Assembly (NCBI GenBank): GCA_963662545.2 | Contig: CAXXLL010000003.1 | Location: forward strand, 2,400,001-2,464,000 | Reading direction: 5' to 3' | Origin: Gammaproteobacteria bacterium | Lineage (GTDB): Bacteria; Pseudomonadota; Gammaproteobacteria; Ga0077536 | DNA: 64,000 nt | Shown: positions 1 through 9,685 of the stretch, piece after piece | Position numbering within the stretch: position 1 is the stretch's first letter | How the letters are laid out: every line of letters begins with the position of its first letter | Made by a program: the position numbers and the translations under genes | The notes under the pieces: model-generated | The model's input: only the letters and a program-made list of their open reading frames with translations | Databases searched by the model: none | Told to the model about the DNA's origin: nothing

Positions 1-366
1 TGGCAGCTCTTCGGCGAAGGCGACGCCGCTTGGCGGCCCGGCGGCTATCAGTACGCGACCATCAATACCGCGCACTCGGAGCTCTACGTACTCGTTCATG
101 AAGGCGGGAAGTGGACGCATAAGGATCCGGGTAAGGACGTTTGGGTTTACGATCTGAAAACGAACAAGCGCGTCCGCAAGATAAAACTAGACCACAAGGC
201 CGGATCGATCGAGGTCAGCCAGGACGCGGAACCGGTGCTTTTGACCGCGTATGCCGGCTCGTCTGACGTACATATCTATGACGCGCGTTCGGGCAAATAC
301 TTACGCGGCCTGAAAGAGATCGGGTTTTCTCCCATCCTTCTCCAATCCGTTCCGATGGTGAAATGA
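1..366 (+). CDS. mauB: TTQ amine dehydrogenase heavy (beta-propeller) chain, 3' end (partial)
   Basis: Frame 1 reads WRPGGYQ...LYVLVHEGGKWTHKDPGKDVWVYDL to TGA at 364-366. These are MauB/AauB C-terminal motifs, directly upstream of mauE/D/A. Confidence 0.88.
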   Translation, partial: WQLFGEGDAAWRPGGYQYATINTAHSELYVLVHEGGKWTHKDPGKDVWVYDLKTNKRVRKIKLDHKAGSIEVSQDAEPVLLTAYAGSSDVHIYDARSGKYLRGLKEIGFSPILLQSVPMVK

Positions 367-381
367 ACCGCGGCCAGTAAG

Positions 382-936
382 GTGCCCGAATTGGACCCCG
401 TCATTGTTCTCTCCGCACGCTACGGCCTGGCGCTTCTGCTGCTGTCGGCGGCGGTCGGAAAACTTCGCGGCTTAACGTATTTCCGCGGCAATCTACGGGA
501 GTACGCCCTGCTCCCCGATCCAATCGTTCCCATGGCAGCCGTCCTCATTCCGCTGGTCGAATTGATGATCGCGGCGGCGGCCGTGAATACCGCCACGGGC
601 GCGCACGCCATGATCGCAGGCGGCACCCTGCTCGGTGTCTATGCGTTTGCGATAGGTATCAATCTTCTGCGCGGACGCAGCGATATCGACTGCGGTTGCA
701 CGGGACCCGCCGCACGGCAGACGCTGAACGGATGGTTGGTGCTGCGTAATATCGCTTTGATCGCGGTTGCGGCGTGCGGCGCCGCAGCGCCCGCGACGCG
801 CCCGCTCGGCGCGCTGGACTTCGCCGTGCTACTCCTCGCTGTTGGCAGTGGTTCGGTTCTTTACGCGGCGGTCAATCAGTTGACGGCCAACGCGCCTCAC
901 CTCGACGCGATGGACGCCTACATGGAGCAACCCTAA
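382..936 (+). CDS. mauE: MauE membrane protein (amine dehydrogenase maturation)
   Basis: Hydrophobic protein with the GR.DIDCGC motif; position in the operon. Confidence 0.92.
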   Translation: MPELDPVIVLSARYGLALLLLSAAVGKLRGLTYFRGNLREYALLPDPIVPMAAVLIPLVELMIAAAAVNTATGAHAMIAGGTLLGVYAFAIGINLLRGRSDIDCGCTGPAARQTLNGWLVLRNIALIAVAACGAAAPATRPLGALDFAVLLLAVGSGSVLYAAVNQLTANAPHLDAMDAYMEQP

Positions 937-1565
937 TGGAAAGCGCGCTGACCGTCTCCAATCTCATCTTGTGGATCGTCGTTATCGTGCTGGGTGTAAC
1001 CGTGCTGGCGCTGGCGCGACAGGTCGGCGTGATCTTCGAACGGATCGCACCGGCCGGAGCGCTCACGATCGGCGCCGGTCCGGGTGCCGGCGACGAAGCC
1101 CCGATCATGGATTTAGAAACCCTGGACGGAAAGCCGATACGGCTCGGCGGACCGAGTGAGGCGTCGCGCACGACCCTGATATTCTTCCTGTCGCCGACCT
1201 GCCCGATCTGCGACACCCTGCTGCCGGTGTTGCGTTCACTCAAGAAAGACGAATCGGGCTGGCTCGATATCGTCCTTGCCAGCGACGGCGAACTCGCCGA
1301 GCAACGCGCGTTCCACGAGCGCAAACGCCTTGCCGATTTTCCCTATATCGTTTCCACCCAGCTCGGGCTGACCTACCAAGTCGGTAAGCTGCCCTTCGCC
1401 GTGCTGATCGATGAGGCGGGCGTGGTCTGCGCCAAGGGGCTCACCAACAACCGTGAACACCTAGAAAGCCTGTTCGAAGCGAAGGAGCGGGGAGTATCAT
1501 CCATTCAGGAATACGTCGCCCAACAGCATGCAGGCGGCGCCGACGGCAAGCGGGACGTCGCCTGA
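936..1565 (+). CDS. mauD: MauD thioredoxin-like amine dehydrogenase accessory protein
   Basis: ATG overlaps the mauE stop (TAATG). Motifs LARQVG..ERIAPAGAL, SPTCPIC, KGL.N.REHLESL. Confidence 0.93.
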   Translation: MESALTVSNLILWIVVIVLGVTVLALARQVGVIFERIAPAGALTIGAGPGAGDEAPIMDLETLDGKPIRLGGPSEASRTTLIFFLSPTCPICDTLLPVLRSLKKDESGWLDIVLASDGELAEQRAFHERKRLADFPYIVSTQLGLTYQVGKLPFAVLIDEAGVVCAKGLTNNREHLESLFEAKERGVSSIQEYVAQQHAGGADGKRDVA

Positions 1566-1600
1566 AGGCGGTCAATGTCTTAAATCAAGGATCTGAACTC

Positions 1601-2140
1601 ATGAAATGGTTGGATAAGTATTCGGAACTCGGCACACGGAACCTGGCGCGACACGCCGCCCGGCGCAGCTTTCTGACCCGCTTCGGGGCCGTTCTCGTCG
1701 GCGCCGCCGCCTTTCCGACCTTGCCGGTGGCCCGCGCTGATTCCCATCGGATGCCGGCACCGGATGAATCCGGGATCGAGGGCGATCCGGGCAATCCGCA
1801 AAGCTGCGATTACTGGCGTTACTGCAGCATGGACGGATTTTTGTGCTCGTGCTGTGGCGGCACGATGAATTCCTGTCCGCCGGGAACCGAGCCCTCGCCC
1901 ATTACATGGATCGGTACCTGCCGCAATCCCACCGATGGCAAGGATTACATCATTTCCTACAACGACTGCTGCGGCAAGAGCGGTTGCGGGCGGTGCTTTT
2001 GTAACACCAACGTCGGCGACGCACCGATATTCAGGCCCTCGCTCGATAACGACATCAACTGGTGCATCGGCACGAAGAGCAACGCCTATCACTGCTCCGT
2101 GGGTGCGGTCATTGGGGTCGCGACCGAAAAGAAGGCCTGA
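1601..2140 (+). CDS. mauA: TTQ amine dehydrogenase light chain (aromatic amine dehydrogenase-like)
   Basis: Tat leader (ARRSFL). Cys-rich CDYWRYC..DG; two TTQ-forming Trp residues (SPITWIGTC, DINWC). Confidence 0.95.
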   Translation: MKWLDKYSELGTRNLARHAARRSFLTRFGAVLVGAAAFPTLPVARADSHRMPAPDESGIEGDPGNPQSCDYWRYCSMDGFLCSCCGGTMNSCPPGTEPSPITWIGTCRNPTDGKDYIISYNDCCGKSGCGRCFCNTNVGDAPIFRPSLDNDINWCIGTKSNAYHCSVGAVIGVATEKKA

Positions 2141-2156
2141 CGGACGGGTTCTCCAG

Positions 2157-2630
2157 ATGGCGGTCCGCACCGCTTTAAGTTGTCCAGGAACGGTGGCCGG
2201 CGCGCTCCTCCTCGGCGCTTGTATCTCACTCAGCGCGGTGTCGACGGCCGCCGCCGAGGTCAATTCACCTCGTGTCGACTTCATGCTCGAATGCCAGGGC
2301 TGCCATCTGCCCGGGGGCATCGGAATAACCGAGATCGGGGTACCCCGCCTGAAGGGTCATGTGTCCAAGTTTCTGCATTCGGCCGAGGGGCGGGCGTTTC
2401 TCTTGCGCGTACCCGGCGTCGCCCAGTCCGCCCTCTCCGATGGTCGCCTGGCGGCGGTCATGAACTGGATGGTGCGGGAGTTCGATCCGGACAACCTGCC
2501 GGTCGATTTCGAAGACTATCAGGTCGATGAAGTGAGCCGGTGGCGCATACAGATCCTGCGAAACGTCAATCAGCTACGCGGCCCGATTCTCGAGGCGTCG
2601 GGATTCGATCCGAACGACGGGTATCGGTAA
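2157..2630 (+). CDS. Monoheme c-type cytochrome, probable electron acceptor of the amine dehydrogenase
   Basis: Signal peptide and CQGCH heme motif; starts 16 nt after mauA. Confidence 0.82.
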   Translation: MAVRTALSCPGTVAGALLLGACISLSAVSTAAAEVNSPRVDFMLECQGCHLPGGIGITEIGVPRLKGHVSKFLHSAEGRAFLLRVPGVAQSALSDGRLAAVMNWMVREFDPDNLPVDFEDYQVDEVSRWRIQILRNVNQLRGPILEASGFDPNDGYR

Positions 2631-2647
2631 CGGTCGCCTACGGCTCG

Positions 2648-2670
2648 TTCGCCCGCAAGCGGGCTCCTAG
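2648..2670. repeat. GTAG-type REP, single copy
   Basis: TTCGCCCGCAAGCGGGCTCCTA, matching copies at 7257, 32489 and 51289. Confidence 0.8.
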
Positions 2671-2827
2671 TGTGCCGTCCCGTAAATATATTTCATAAGT
2701 CGCGCAGGGATTTTTGTTCCTGGCAAGGCGCGAGGACGCCGTGTAGTGGGCTCTACACTCCGACGAGCAACGCCGCCAGGGGCAAAAAGAACCAGCGAAT
2801 TGTGGAATATATTTACGGGACGGCACA

Positions 2828-3283
2828 CTAGAAGACGGGCTCCGGCAAGCCCACCCTTTCCCGAAATTCATTCATCCATCGATCCGCCGACCAGTTGGCA
2901 TTGGCCTCGGTATTGCGCTCGACGACCTGCCCGGAATCGGCGAGAAAATGGAAGCATTCGTGCGCCAGGGTATGAATGGCGCATTCGGCGAGATCGGCGA
3001 AACGAAATTCCTGTTCACCGGAGACCCAGCCGCGCAGATTGCGCGTCGATTTGACGCGGCCCCAGTGCACATAGGTAAAGGGCGGAGCCTGCTCGATGTT
3101 GACGCTGGCCCGGATGCGGTAGCCGTGGTCCCAGCTCTCAGACACTGGGTCTTTGCGGTAGGGAAAATCGCAGGCCCCATGCAACAGGGTCTTGTGATTG
3201 AGCGGCAGGAGCTTGATCCAGTCAAGCCTCTTCGTGTCGTAGGCCGCGAGCTTTGCGGTGATGAAATTCAACACGTGCGGCAT
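2828..3283 (-). CDS. Hypothetical protein with HExxH motif (putative zincin-like metallopeptidase)
   Basis: TLAHECFH followed by E..AN; start chosen at MPHVLN. Confidence 0.6.
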   Translation of the reverse strand: MPHVLNFITAKLAAYDTKRLDWIKLLPLNHKTLLHGACDFPYRKDPVSESWDHGYRIRASVNIEQAPPFTYVHWGRVKSTRNLRGWVSGEQEFRFADLAECAIHTLAHECFHFLADSGQVVERNTEANANWSADRWMNEFRERVGLPEPVF

Positions 3284-3553
3284 GCCGACTTTGTCGATGA
3301 GCCTGTACTCGGTTTCGCGCAGGAGCTCCACGTGAAATAGCTTACCCGTCACAAGGTATTTAGCCAACACAAACGTGACGAACATTTTCGCAAAGATTGA
3401 ACGCAATACGAATTCAAGAATCGAAATTAGCGACCGCTAGATCTGTGAGGCCGCCCGTGGTGTTTATCGGTCGACCGTCGTAGAATTACGCGTCGAATTT
3501 ATTTATCGACACGCTGGAGAAGGTGTAGACCATCCCCAGCGAAGGAGTGGCGC

Positions 3554-5362
3554 TTGGAGCCCACCGATATCGGTAACCCCGATTACTTTCACAAAGTCGT
3601 CGATTGCCAGTGGGCCTGCCCGGCCCATACACCCGTTCCGGAATACATCCGCATGGTCGCCGACGGGCGCTACGCCGACGCCTATATGCTCAATTGGGAG
3701 TCGAACGTCTTCCCGGGCATTCTGGGGCGCACCTGCGACCGGCCTTGTGAACCGGCCTGCCGCCGCGGCCGGGTGGAAAAGGCCCCGGTCGCCATCTGTC
3801 GTTTGAAGCGCGTTGCGGCCGATTACAAGGGCGATATTACGCATCGCCTGCCGCAGCCCGCCAAGCAGAAAAACGGCCGGCGCATCGCCTGCATCGGCGC
3901 CGGGCCGGCATCACTGACCCTGGCGCGCGACCTCGCGCCGCTCGGCTACGAGGTCGTGATCTTCGACGGCGAGGATCGCGCCGGCGGCATGATTCGAAGT
4001 CAGATCCCGAAATTCCGGCTGCCCGAGGAAATCATCGACGAGGAAATCGCTTACATCCTCGACTTAGGCGTGGAATTTCGCGGCGAAGTCTGGATCGATT
4101 CGATGAAGGATATACTCGCACAGGATTATGACGCCGTTTTCGTCGGTACCGGCGCGCCGCGCGGTCGCGACCTGATAATCCCGGGTCGCGAAGAAGCGGG
4201 GAAACACATTTACATCGGCGTCGACTGGCTGTCCTCGGTTTCCTTCGAGCATATCTCATCGATCGGCAAACGCGTGATCATTCTCGGTGGCGGCAACACT
4301 GCGATGGATTGCTGCCGTTCTTCCAAGCGCCTGGGCGGCGAGGAAGTCACCGTCATCGTGCGCTCCGGATTCGACCAGATGAAAGCCTCGTCATGGGAAA
4401 AGGAGGACGCCATGCACGAGGAGATCCCGATTCTCAATTTTCTCGTGCCGAAGGAATTTCTGCACAAAAAGGGCCGGCTGACCGGCATGCGCTTCGAACC
4501 GGTACGTGCGGAATATGATGAAAACGGCCGCCGATCCCTGATTTCAACCGGCGAACCCGATCGGGAATTCGCCTGTGACGACGTGCTGATCGCCATCGGT
4601 CAGGACAACGCCGTGCCCTGGATCGAGCGCGATATCGGGATCGAATTCGACCAGTGGGACCGGCCGATCCTGAACAAGACGACACTGCAATCGACGATCC
4701 CCAATGTATTTTTCGGCGGCGACGCCGCAATCGGACCCGAAAATATCATCTGGGCAGTCGCACACGGCCACGACGCGGCGATTTCGATCGACAAGTATCT
4801 CAATGGGGATGACATCAACGTGCGCCCGCCCCCCAATGTGAATCTCATTTCACAGAAAATGGGCATCCACGAGTGGAGTTACGATAACGATATCTCCAAT
4901 GACGTTCGCTACAACGTCCCGCTCAAGGATCTCAAGCAAGCGTTAAAGAATATCAAAGTCGAAGTCGAACTCGGCTATGATCAAAAGCTTGCGCTCGCCG
5001 AAGCCGAGCGTTGCCTCAATTGCGACGTGCAGACAATATTCACCGACAAGCTCTGCATCGAGTGCGATGCCTGCGTCGACATCTGCCCGACCGATTGCAT
5101 CAACTTCACCTTTAACGGTGACGAACCGGATTTACGCGCGCGGCTTCGCGTGCCCGCCGATGACGCCTCCCAGGATTTGTACGTCTCCGGACAGCTTGCG
5201 ACCAGCCGCATCATGGTCAAGGACGAAAACATGTGCCTGCATTGCGGCCTGTGCGCAGAACGCTGTCCGACCGGCGCATGGGACATGCAAAAGTTCCTCC
5301 TGGAACCGCAGCAGGTCGGCCCAGCCTGTCGGGGCCCGGCAGCCGATTCGCGTGCTGCCTGA
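3554..5362 (+). CDS. GltD-like FAD/NAD(P)-dependent oxidoreductase with 4Fe-4S domains (KorC-like subunit)
   Basis: CQWACP/CDRPCEPAC Fe-S motifs, GAGPA and GGGNTAMD Rossmann motifs, two C-terminal CxxCxxCxxxCP ferredoxin motifs. Confidence 0.9.
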   Translation: MEPTDIGNPDYFHKVVDCQWACPAHTPVPEYIRMVADGRYADAYMLNWESNVFPGILGRTCDRPCEPACRRGRVEKAPVAICRLKRVAADYKGDITHRLPQPAKQKNGRRIACIGAGPASLTLARDLAPLGYEVVIFDGEDRAGGMIRSQIPKFRLPEEIIDEEIAYILDLGVEFRGEVWIDSMKDILAQDYDAVFVGTGAPRGRDLIIPGREEAGKHIYIGVDWLSSVSFEHISSIGKRVIILGGGNTAMDCCRSSKRLGGEEVTVIVRSGFDQMKASSWEKEDAMHEEIPILNFLVPKEFLHKKGRLTGMRFEPVRAEYDENGRRSLISTGEPDREFACDDVLIAIGQDNAVPWIERDIGIEFDQWDRPILNKTTLQSTIPNVFFGGDAAIGPENIIWAVAHGHDAAISIDKYLNGDDINVRPPPNVNLISQKMGIHEWSYDNDISNDVRYNVPLKDLKQALKNIKVEVELGYDQKLALAEAERCLNCDVQTIFTDKLCIECDACVDICPTDCINFTFNGDEPDLRARLRVPADDASQDLYVSGQLATSRIMVKDENMCLHCGLCAERCPTGAWDMQKFLLEPQQVGPACRGPAADSRAA

Positions 5363-5377
5363 CGGAACTTTCATTCA

Positions 5378-7219
5378 ATGAAACCCATCGCGGCGATCAA
5401 CGACTTCGTTGTCAAGTTCGCCAACGTCAACGGCTCGGGCTCGGCCTCCGCCAACGCTTTATTCGCGAAATCGATTTTGAAGATGGGGATCCCGGTCAGC
5501 CCGCGCAACATCTTCCCGTCGAACATCCAGGGGCTGCCCACCTGGTACGAAGTCCGCGTTTCCGCCGACGGTTGGCTGGGACGCCGCGGCGGCATCGATT
5601 TCATGGTCGCGATGAACCCTGAGACCTGGGACCAGGACCTCGCCGAAATCGAGCCGGGCGGATATTTGTTCTACGATTCAACAAAACCGCTGCCGCCGTC
5701 GAAATTCCGCGATGACATTCAAGTCATCGGCATGCCAGTCATGGAAATTTGCAACCAGCATTACACCGATGCGCGGCAGCGGCAGCTGTTCAAGAACATC
5801 ATTTATGTCGGCGCCTTGGCCGCCCTGCTCGACATTGATATCGAGGTGATGCAAAACCTCGTCGGCGAGCAGTTCAAGGGCAAGGAAGCGTTAATGGAAT
5901 CCAACATTCGCGCCCTGCAGACGGGGCGGGATTATGCGATTTCCAGATTAGAATGCCCGCTGGAACTGCGCGTACAACCCTGCGACACAGTCGGCGACCG
6001 AATTTTCATCGAAGGCAACAGCGCCGCCGCGCTCGGCGCGGTCTACGGCGGCGCGACGGTCGCCGCCTGGTATCCGATCACGCCATCCTCGTCGCTGGCC
6101 GAGGCCTTCGAGCGCCATTGCAAACGCTATCGGCACGATCCGGACACGGGGGCTGCGCGCTACGCGATTCTGCAGGCGGAAGATGAGCTCGCGGCCATCG
6201 GCATGGTCATCGGTGCCGGCTGGAACGGCGCACGCGCGTTCACCGCAACGTCGGGCCCCGGTATCTCTCTCATGCAGGAATTCATCGGCTTCGCATATTT
6301 CGCCGAGATCCCCGCGGTCATTTTCGACGTCCAGCGCGGCGGACCATCGACGGGCATGCCGACGCGGACCCAGCAATCAGACATCTTATTGTGTGCCTAT
6401 GCCTCGCACGGCGACACCAAGCACGTCCTTTTGTTTCCCGAAGATCCCAAGGAAGCTTTCGAGATGAGCGCGGCCGCGTTCGATCTCGCCGACCGGTTGC
6501 AGACGCCGGTGTTCGTCATGCTCGATCTCGACATCGGCATGAACGAACGCCTCACCGACCCGCTCGAATGGGACGACGGCCGGCACCTCGACCGAGGCAA
6601 GGTAATGACCCACGAGATGTTCGAGCGCGGCGAGGAATTCGCCCGTTATCTCGACGTCGAGAACGACGGGATCTCTTACCGCACCTACCCCGGCACACAC
6701 CCCACCGAAGGCGCGTATCTCACCCGCGGAACGACCAAGGACAGCTATGCCAAGTACAGTGAAGCGGGACCGGATTACGTCGAGAATATGCAGCGTTTGC
6801 TGCGCAAATTCGAAACCTCGAAGGAACTCGTGCCAGAGCCGGTCAGTATGTGGAACGAACCCCTGGCGAAATTCGGTGTGATCTTTTACGGCTCGACCTC
6901 CCCGGCTATTGCGGAAGCCTTCGAGGCCCTGAAGTCGGGGGGCATCAACGTCAATGCGCTGCGCATACGCGCGTTCCCGTTTGTCGACGAAGTGGCCGAT
7001 TTCATGGCCGCACACGAGCAGGTATTCGTCGTCGAACAAAACCGGGATGCACAAATGCGGAGTCTTTTGATCAATGAATGCAACATCGATCCGCAGAAAC
7101 TGATTTCGATACTGCATTACGACGGCACGCCGATTACGGCGCGTTTCATCGCGATGGAGATCGCCCAGCAACTCGTGTCGAGCGTCGGTAACCTGGCCCG
7201 TGGCGCTGCGACGAATTAG
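5378..7219 (+). CDS. korA: 2-oxoacid:acceptor oxidoreductase subunit alpha
   Basis: YPITP, QAEDE, TATSGPG and QRGGPSTGMPT motifs. Confidence 0.92.
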   Translation: MKPIAAINDFVVKFANVNGSGSASANALFAKSILKMGIPVSPRNIFPSNIQGLPTWYEVRVSADGWLGRRGGIDFMVAMNPETWDQDLAEIEPGGYLFYDSTKPLPPSKFRDDIQVIGMPVMEICNQHYTDARQRQLFKNIIYVGALAALLDIDIEVMQNLVGEQFKGKEALMESNIRALQTGRDYAISRLECPLELRVQPCDTVGDRIFIEGNSAAALGAVYGGATVAAWYPITPSSSLAEAFERHCKRYRHDPDTGAARYAILQAEDELAAIGMVIGAGWNGARAFTATSGPGISLMQEFIGFAYFAEIPAVIFDVQRGGPSTGMPTRTQQSDILLCAYASHGDTKHVLLFPEDPKEAFEMSAAAFDLADRLQTPVFVMLDLDIGMNERLTDPLEWDDGRHLDRGKVMTHEMFERGEEFARYLDVENDGISYRTYPGTHPTEGAYLTRGTTKDSYAKYSEAGPDYVENMQRLLRKFETSKELVPEPVSMWNEPLAKFGVIFYGSTSPAIAEAFEALKSGGINVNALRIRAFPFVDEVADFMAAHEQVFVVEQNRDAQMRSLLINECNIDPQKLISILHYDGTPITARFIAMEIAQQLVSSVGNLARGAATN

Positions 7220-7256
7220 ATCGGCATTCATTTTTATGGATGTTTTGACAATTGTC

Positions 7257-7319
7257 ATTCGCCCGCAAGCGGGCTCCTACGGAAGCCTCCTCGATGCAGG
7301 AGCCCGCTTGCGGGCGAAT
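7257..7319. repeat. REP doublet (inverted pair)
   Basis: ATTCGCCCGCAAGCGGGCTCCTAC ... GCAGGAGCCCGCTTGCGGGCGAAT. Confidence 0.85.
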
Positions 7320-7375
7320 CAATACCGACTTGAAAACCTAACTGAGGCGCGAATCGCGCGTCCTATGGACCCGAC

Positions 7376-8431
7376 ATGACCTACATCACCAAGCCCGAGC
7401 TTCATCATCCCAAGCTGCCGGTTAACCAACTCGGTTATACCCGTCGCTATTATGAAGGCATGGTATCGACGCTTTGCGCCGGTTGCGGACACGATTCGAT
7501 CAGCGCTGCGATCGTTCAAGCATTTTTCGATCTCGCGATCGAGCCGCACTGCGTTGCCAAGCTCTCTGGAATCGGTTGCTCATCCAAAACCCCGACCTAT
7601 TTTCTCGGCAGCTCGCATGGGCTAAACGCCGTCCACGGCCGCATGCCTTCGGTGCTCACGGGTGCCAATCTCGCGAACCGCGACCTCATCTATCTCGGCG
7701 TGTCGGGAGACGGCGATTCGGCTTCTATTGGTCTGGGTCAGTTCGTGCATTCCTTGAGGCGCGGCGTCAATATGGTCTACATCGTCGAGAACAACGGCGT
7801 CTACGGATTGACCAAGGGTCAGTTTTCCGCGACCGCGGATACCGGTTCGAAATCCAAGCGCGGGGTGGTCAACCGCGATAGCTCGGTCGACCTCATCGGT
7901 CTCGCGCTCCAGGTCGGCGCAACGTTCGTCGCACGCAGTTTTTCAGGCGACAAGGAGCAACTCGTGCCCTTGCTCAAGGCCGCGATCGAACACTCAGGCG
8001 CCGCTTTTCTGGACGTCATCAGCCCCTGTGTTGCGTTCAACAATCACCCGGGTTCGACCAAGAGCTACGACTATGTCCGTGCGCATAACGAGGTCGTCAA
8101 TCGCCTTGATTTCATACCAAAGCGCGAAGCGATCACGGCCACATACCAAGCCGGGGCGCTCGAGGAAGTCTTGCAGCACGACGGCAGCGTTTTGAAATTC
8201 AGGAAAATCGCCGACGATTACGATCCGCAGGATCGCACCGCCGCGATGACCTACCTGCAGCACCGGGCCAAACAAGGTGAGATCGTCACGGGGCTCTTGT
8301 ACGTCGAACGCGAACCCGAAGACCTGCACACCCACCTCGGCACGGTCAAGGCGCCACTGAATTCCCTCACCGAACGCGAGTTATGCCCCGGTGTCGCGAC
8401 GCTCAATGACATCAACGACAGCTTGCGCTGA
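7376..8431 (+). CDS. korB: 2-oxoacid:ferredoxin oxidoreductase subunit beta (TPP-binding)
   Basis: CAGCGH, SGIGCSS, HGR, GDGD..SIG and YGLTKGQ motifs. Confidence 0.92.
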   Translation: MTYITKPELHHPKLPVNQLGYTRRYYEGMVSTLCAGCGHDSISAAIVQAFFDLAIEPHCVAKLSGIGCSSKTPTYFLGSSHGLNAVHGRMPSVLTGANLANRDLIYLGVSGDGDSASIGLGQFVHSLRRGVNMVYIVENNGVYGLTKGQFSATADTGSKSKRGVVNRDSSVDLIGLALQVGATFVARSFSGDKEQLVPLLKAAIEHSGAAFLDVISPCVAFNNHPGSTKSYDYVRAHNEVVNRLDFIPKREAITATYQAGALEEVLQHDGSVLKFRKIADDYDPQDRTAAMTYLQHRAKQGEIVTGLLYVEREPEDLHTHLGTVKAPLNSLTERELCPGVATLNDINDSLR

Positions 8432-8517
8432 CACGAGGTCAAGCTCGCCGCAGCGAGTACGCTGCCTCGCCTCCTGTCGATTGACGCTGACAGCAAGAGG
8501 GCAGTGAAAACGGCAGG

Positions 8518-9280
8518 CTAACGGCCGGCTGAGTGCTGTTCCTTAAGCGCGCGCGCTTCATCGTGGCGCCCCGCCGCTTCCATAACGCCGATAGTGGCAT
8601 CCAACCAATCCATGAATCGCGTGTGGTCACCCAGCTTGTGAAAAATTTCGGCCAAGTTGCCACTGTAGGCGATGATGCCGTCGGTGTCCTTGCGCTTGAC
8701 GCATAACTCATAGGCCGAGTACGTCCATTTCAATGCTTTTTCTTGATCGCCGAGCTTTGCATGGCAGAGCCCGAGGATGCCGTGAACGCGCGCCGCGAGC
8801 GGTTCTATGGGAGTACCGGCCCAGACCGGCGTGTCGTCGACGATCGGTTCGAGGACGGCGATCGCTTCGGCGCAACGATTCTGATCAACCAACAACTCGG
8901 CGTCGTTGTAGATCCGTCCCCAGTTCATGATCTTGTTGCGCTCGGCTCTGCCTTCCAGAAGGCCGATCAGGGTGCGATCACCCTCGCTTTCGAAGTGCGA
9001 TGCAATGGCAAACAACGCCTCCCCGTAACGCTTCATTTGTTCCTCATCGCCGCGAAATTCTTCAGGCATTCGCCGCCAGGCTTCAAAATGGTTGACCACC
9101 GTATCCTTGTATTGCCGGCAAAGCTGATCCAGTAGCTTGCGGTCATTGGCCGCGGCATCGACGAGTGCGGCGCGCAGCGCGTCGGGATCCCGGTCGTAGT
9201 GTGAAGCGCTGATGGCGTTGGGCTCGGCCAAGATGAGAACCGCGAGAAGCAGTATTTTCGCCTTATTACGATGCCACTTC
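8518..9280 (-). CDS. Exported TPR-like helical repeat protein (start uncertain)
   Basis: Signal-like KAKILLLAVLILA segment, then helical repeats (LGLCHAKLGDQEKALK; LAEIFHKLGD). Confidence 0.55.
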
Positions 9281-9685
9281 GTCGGCCATGAGCTGCGTTG
9301 AAGATGAACGGGTGCTGTGACGGCGCCCGGGCTTGGTATTCGACCGTAACGCTCAAGCGGCATTCGTGTCATTTCGTTATCGAAAACCTGGTCGAAGCGA
9401 TGTCGTTCTTCATGGCCGCTGCAAACCGAGCGCGGATTATAGGGATCGATAACGCGAATGCAACGTTTTCGCGGCGAACGCCACAATGCGGAGGCCCCAT
9501 GTGCACCCCGGGCGGTTGGATTCGCTCTCGACGCTGGACTTTCGAATCGTTTCGCTACGTTATCCCATTTGAACCGGCGATAAGGGCCATTCAATCGCCT
9601 TCAAAATGTCGCAGTATGGTGAATTATAAATAATTAATGCGATTTCAAGAAAATTATCATGTATTTTTGACTTATTTCTCCATAA

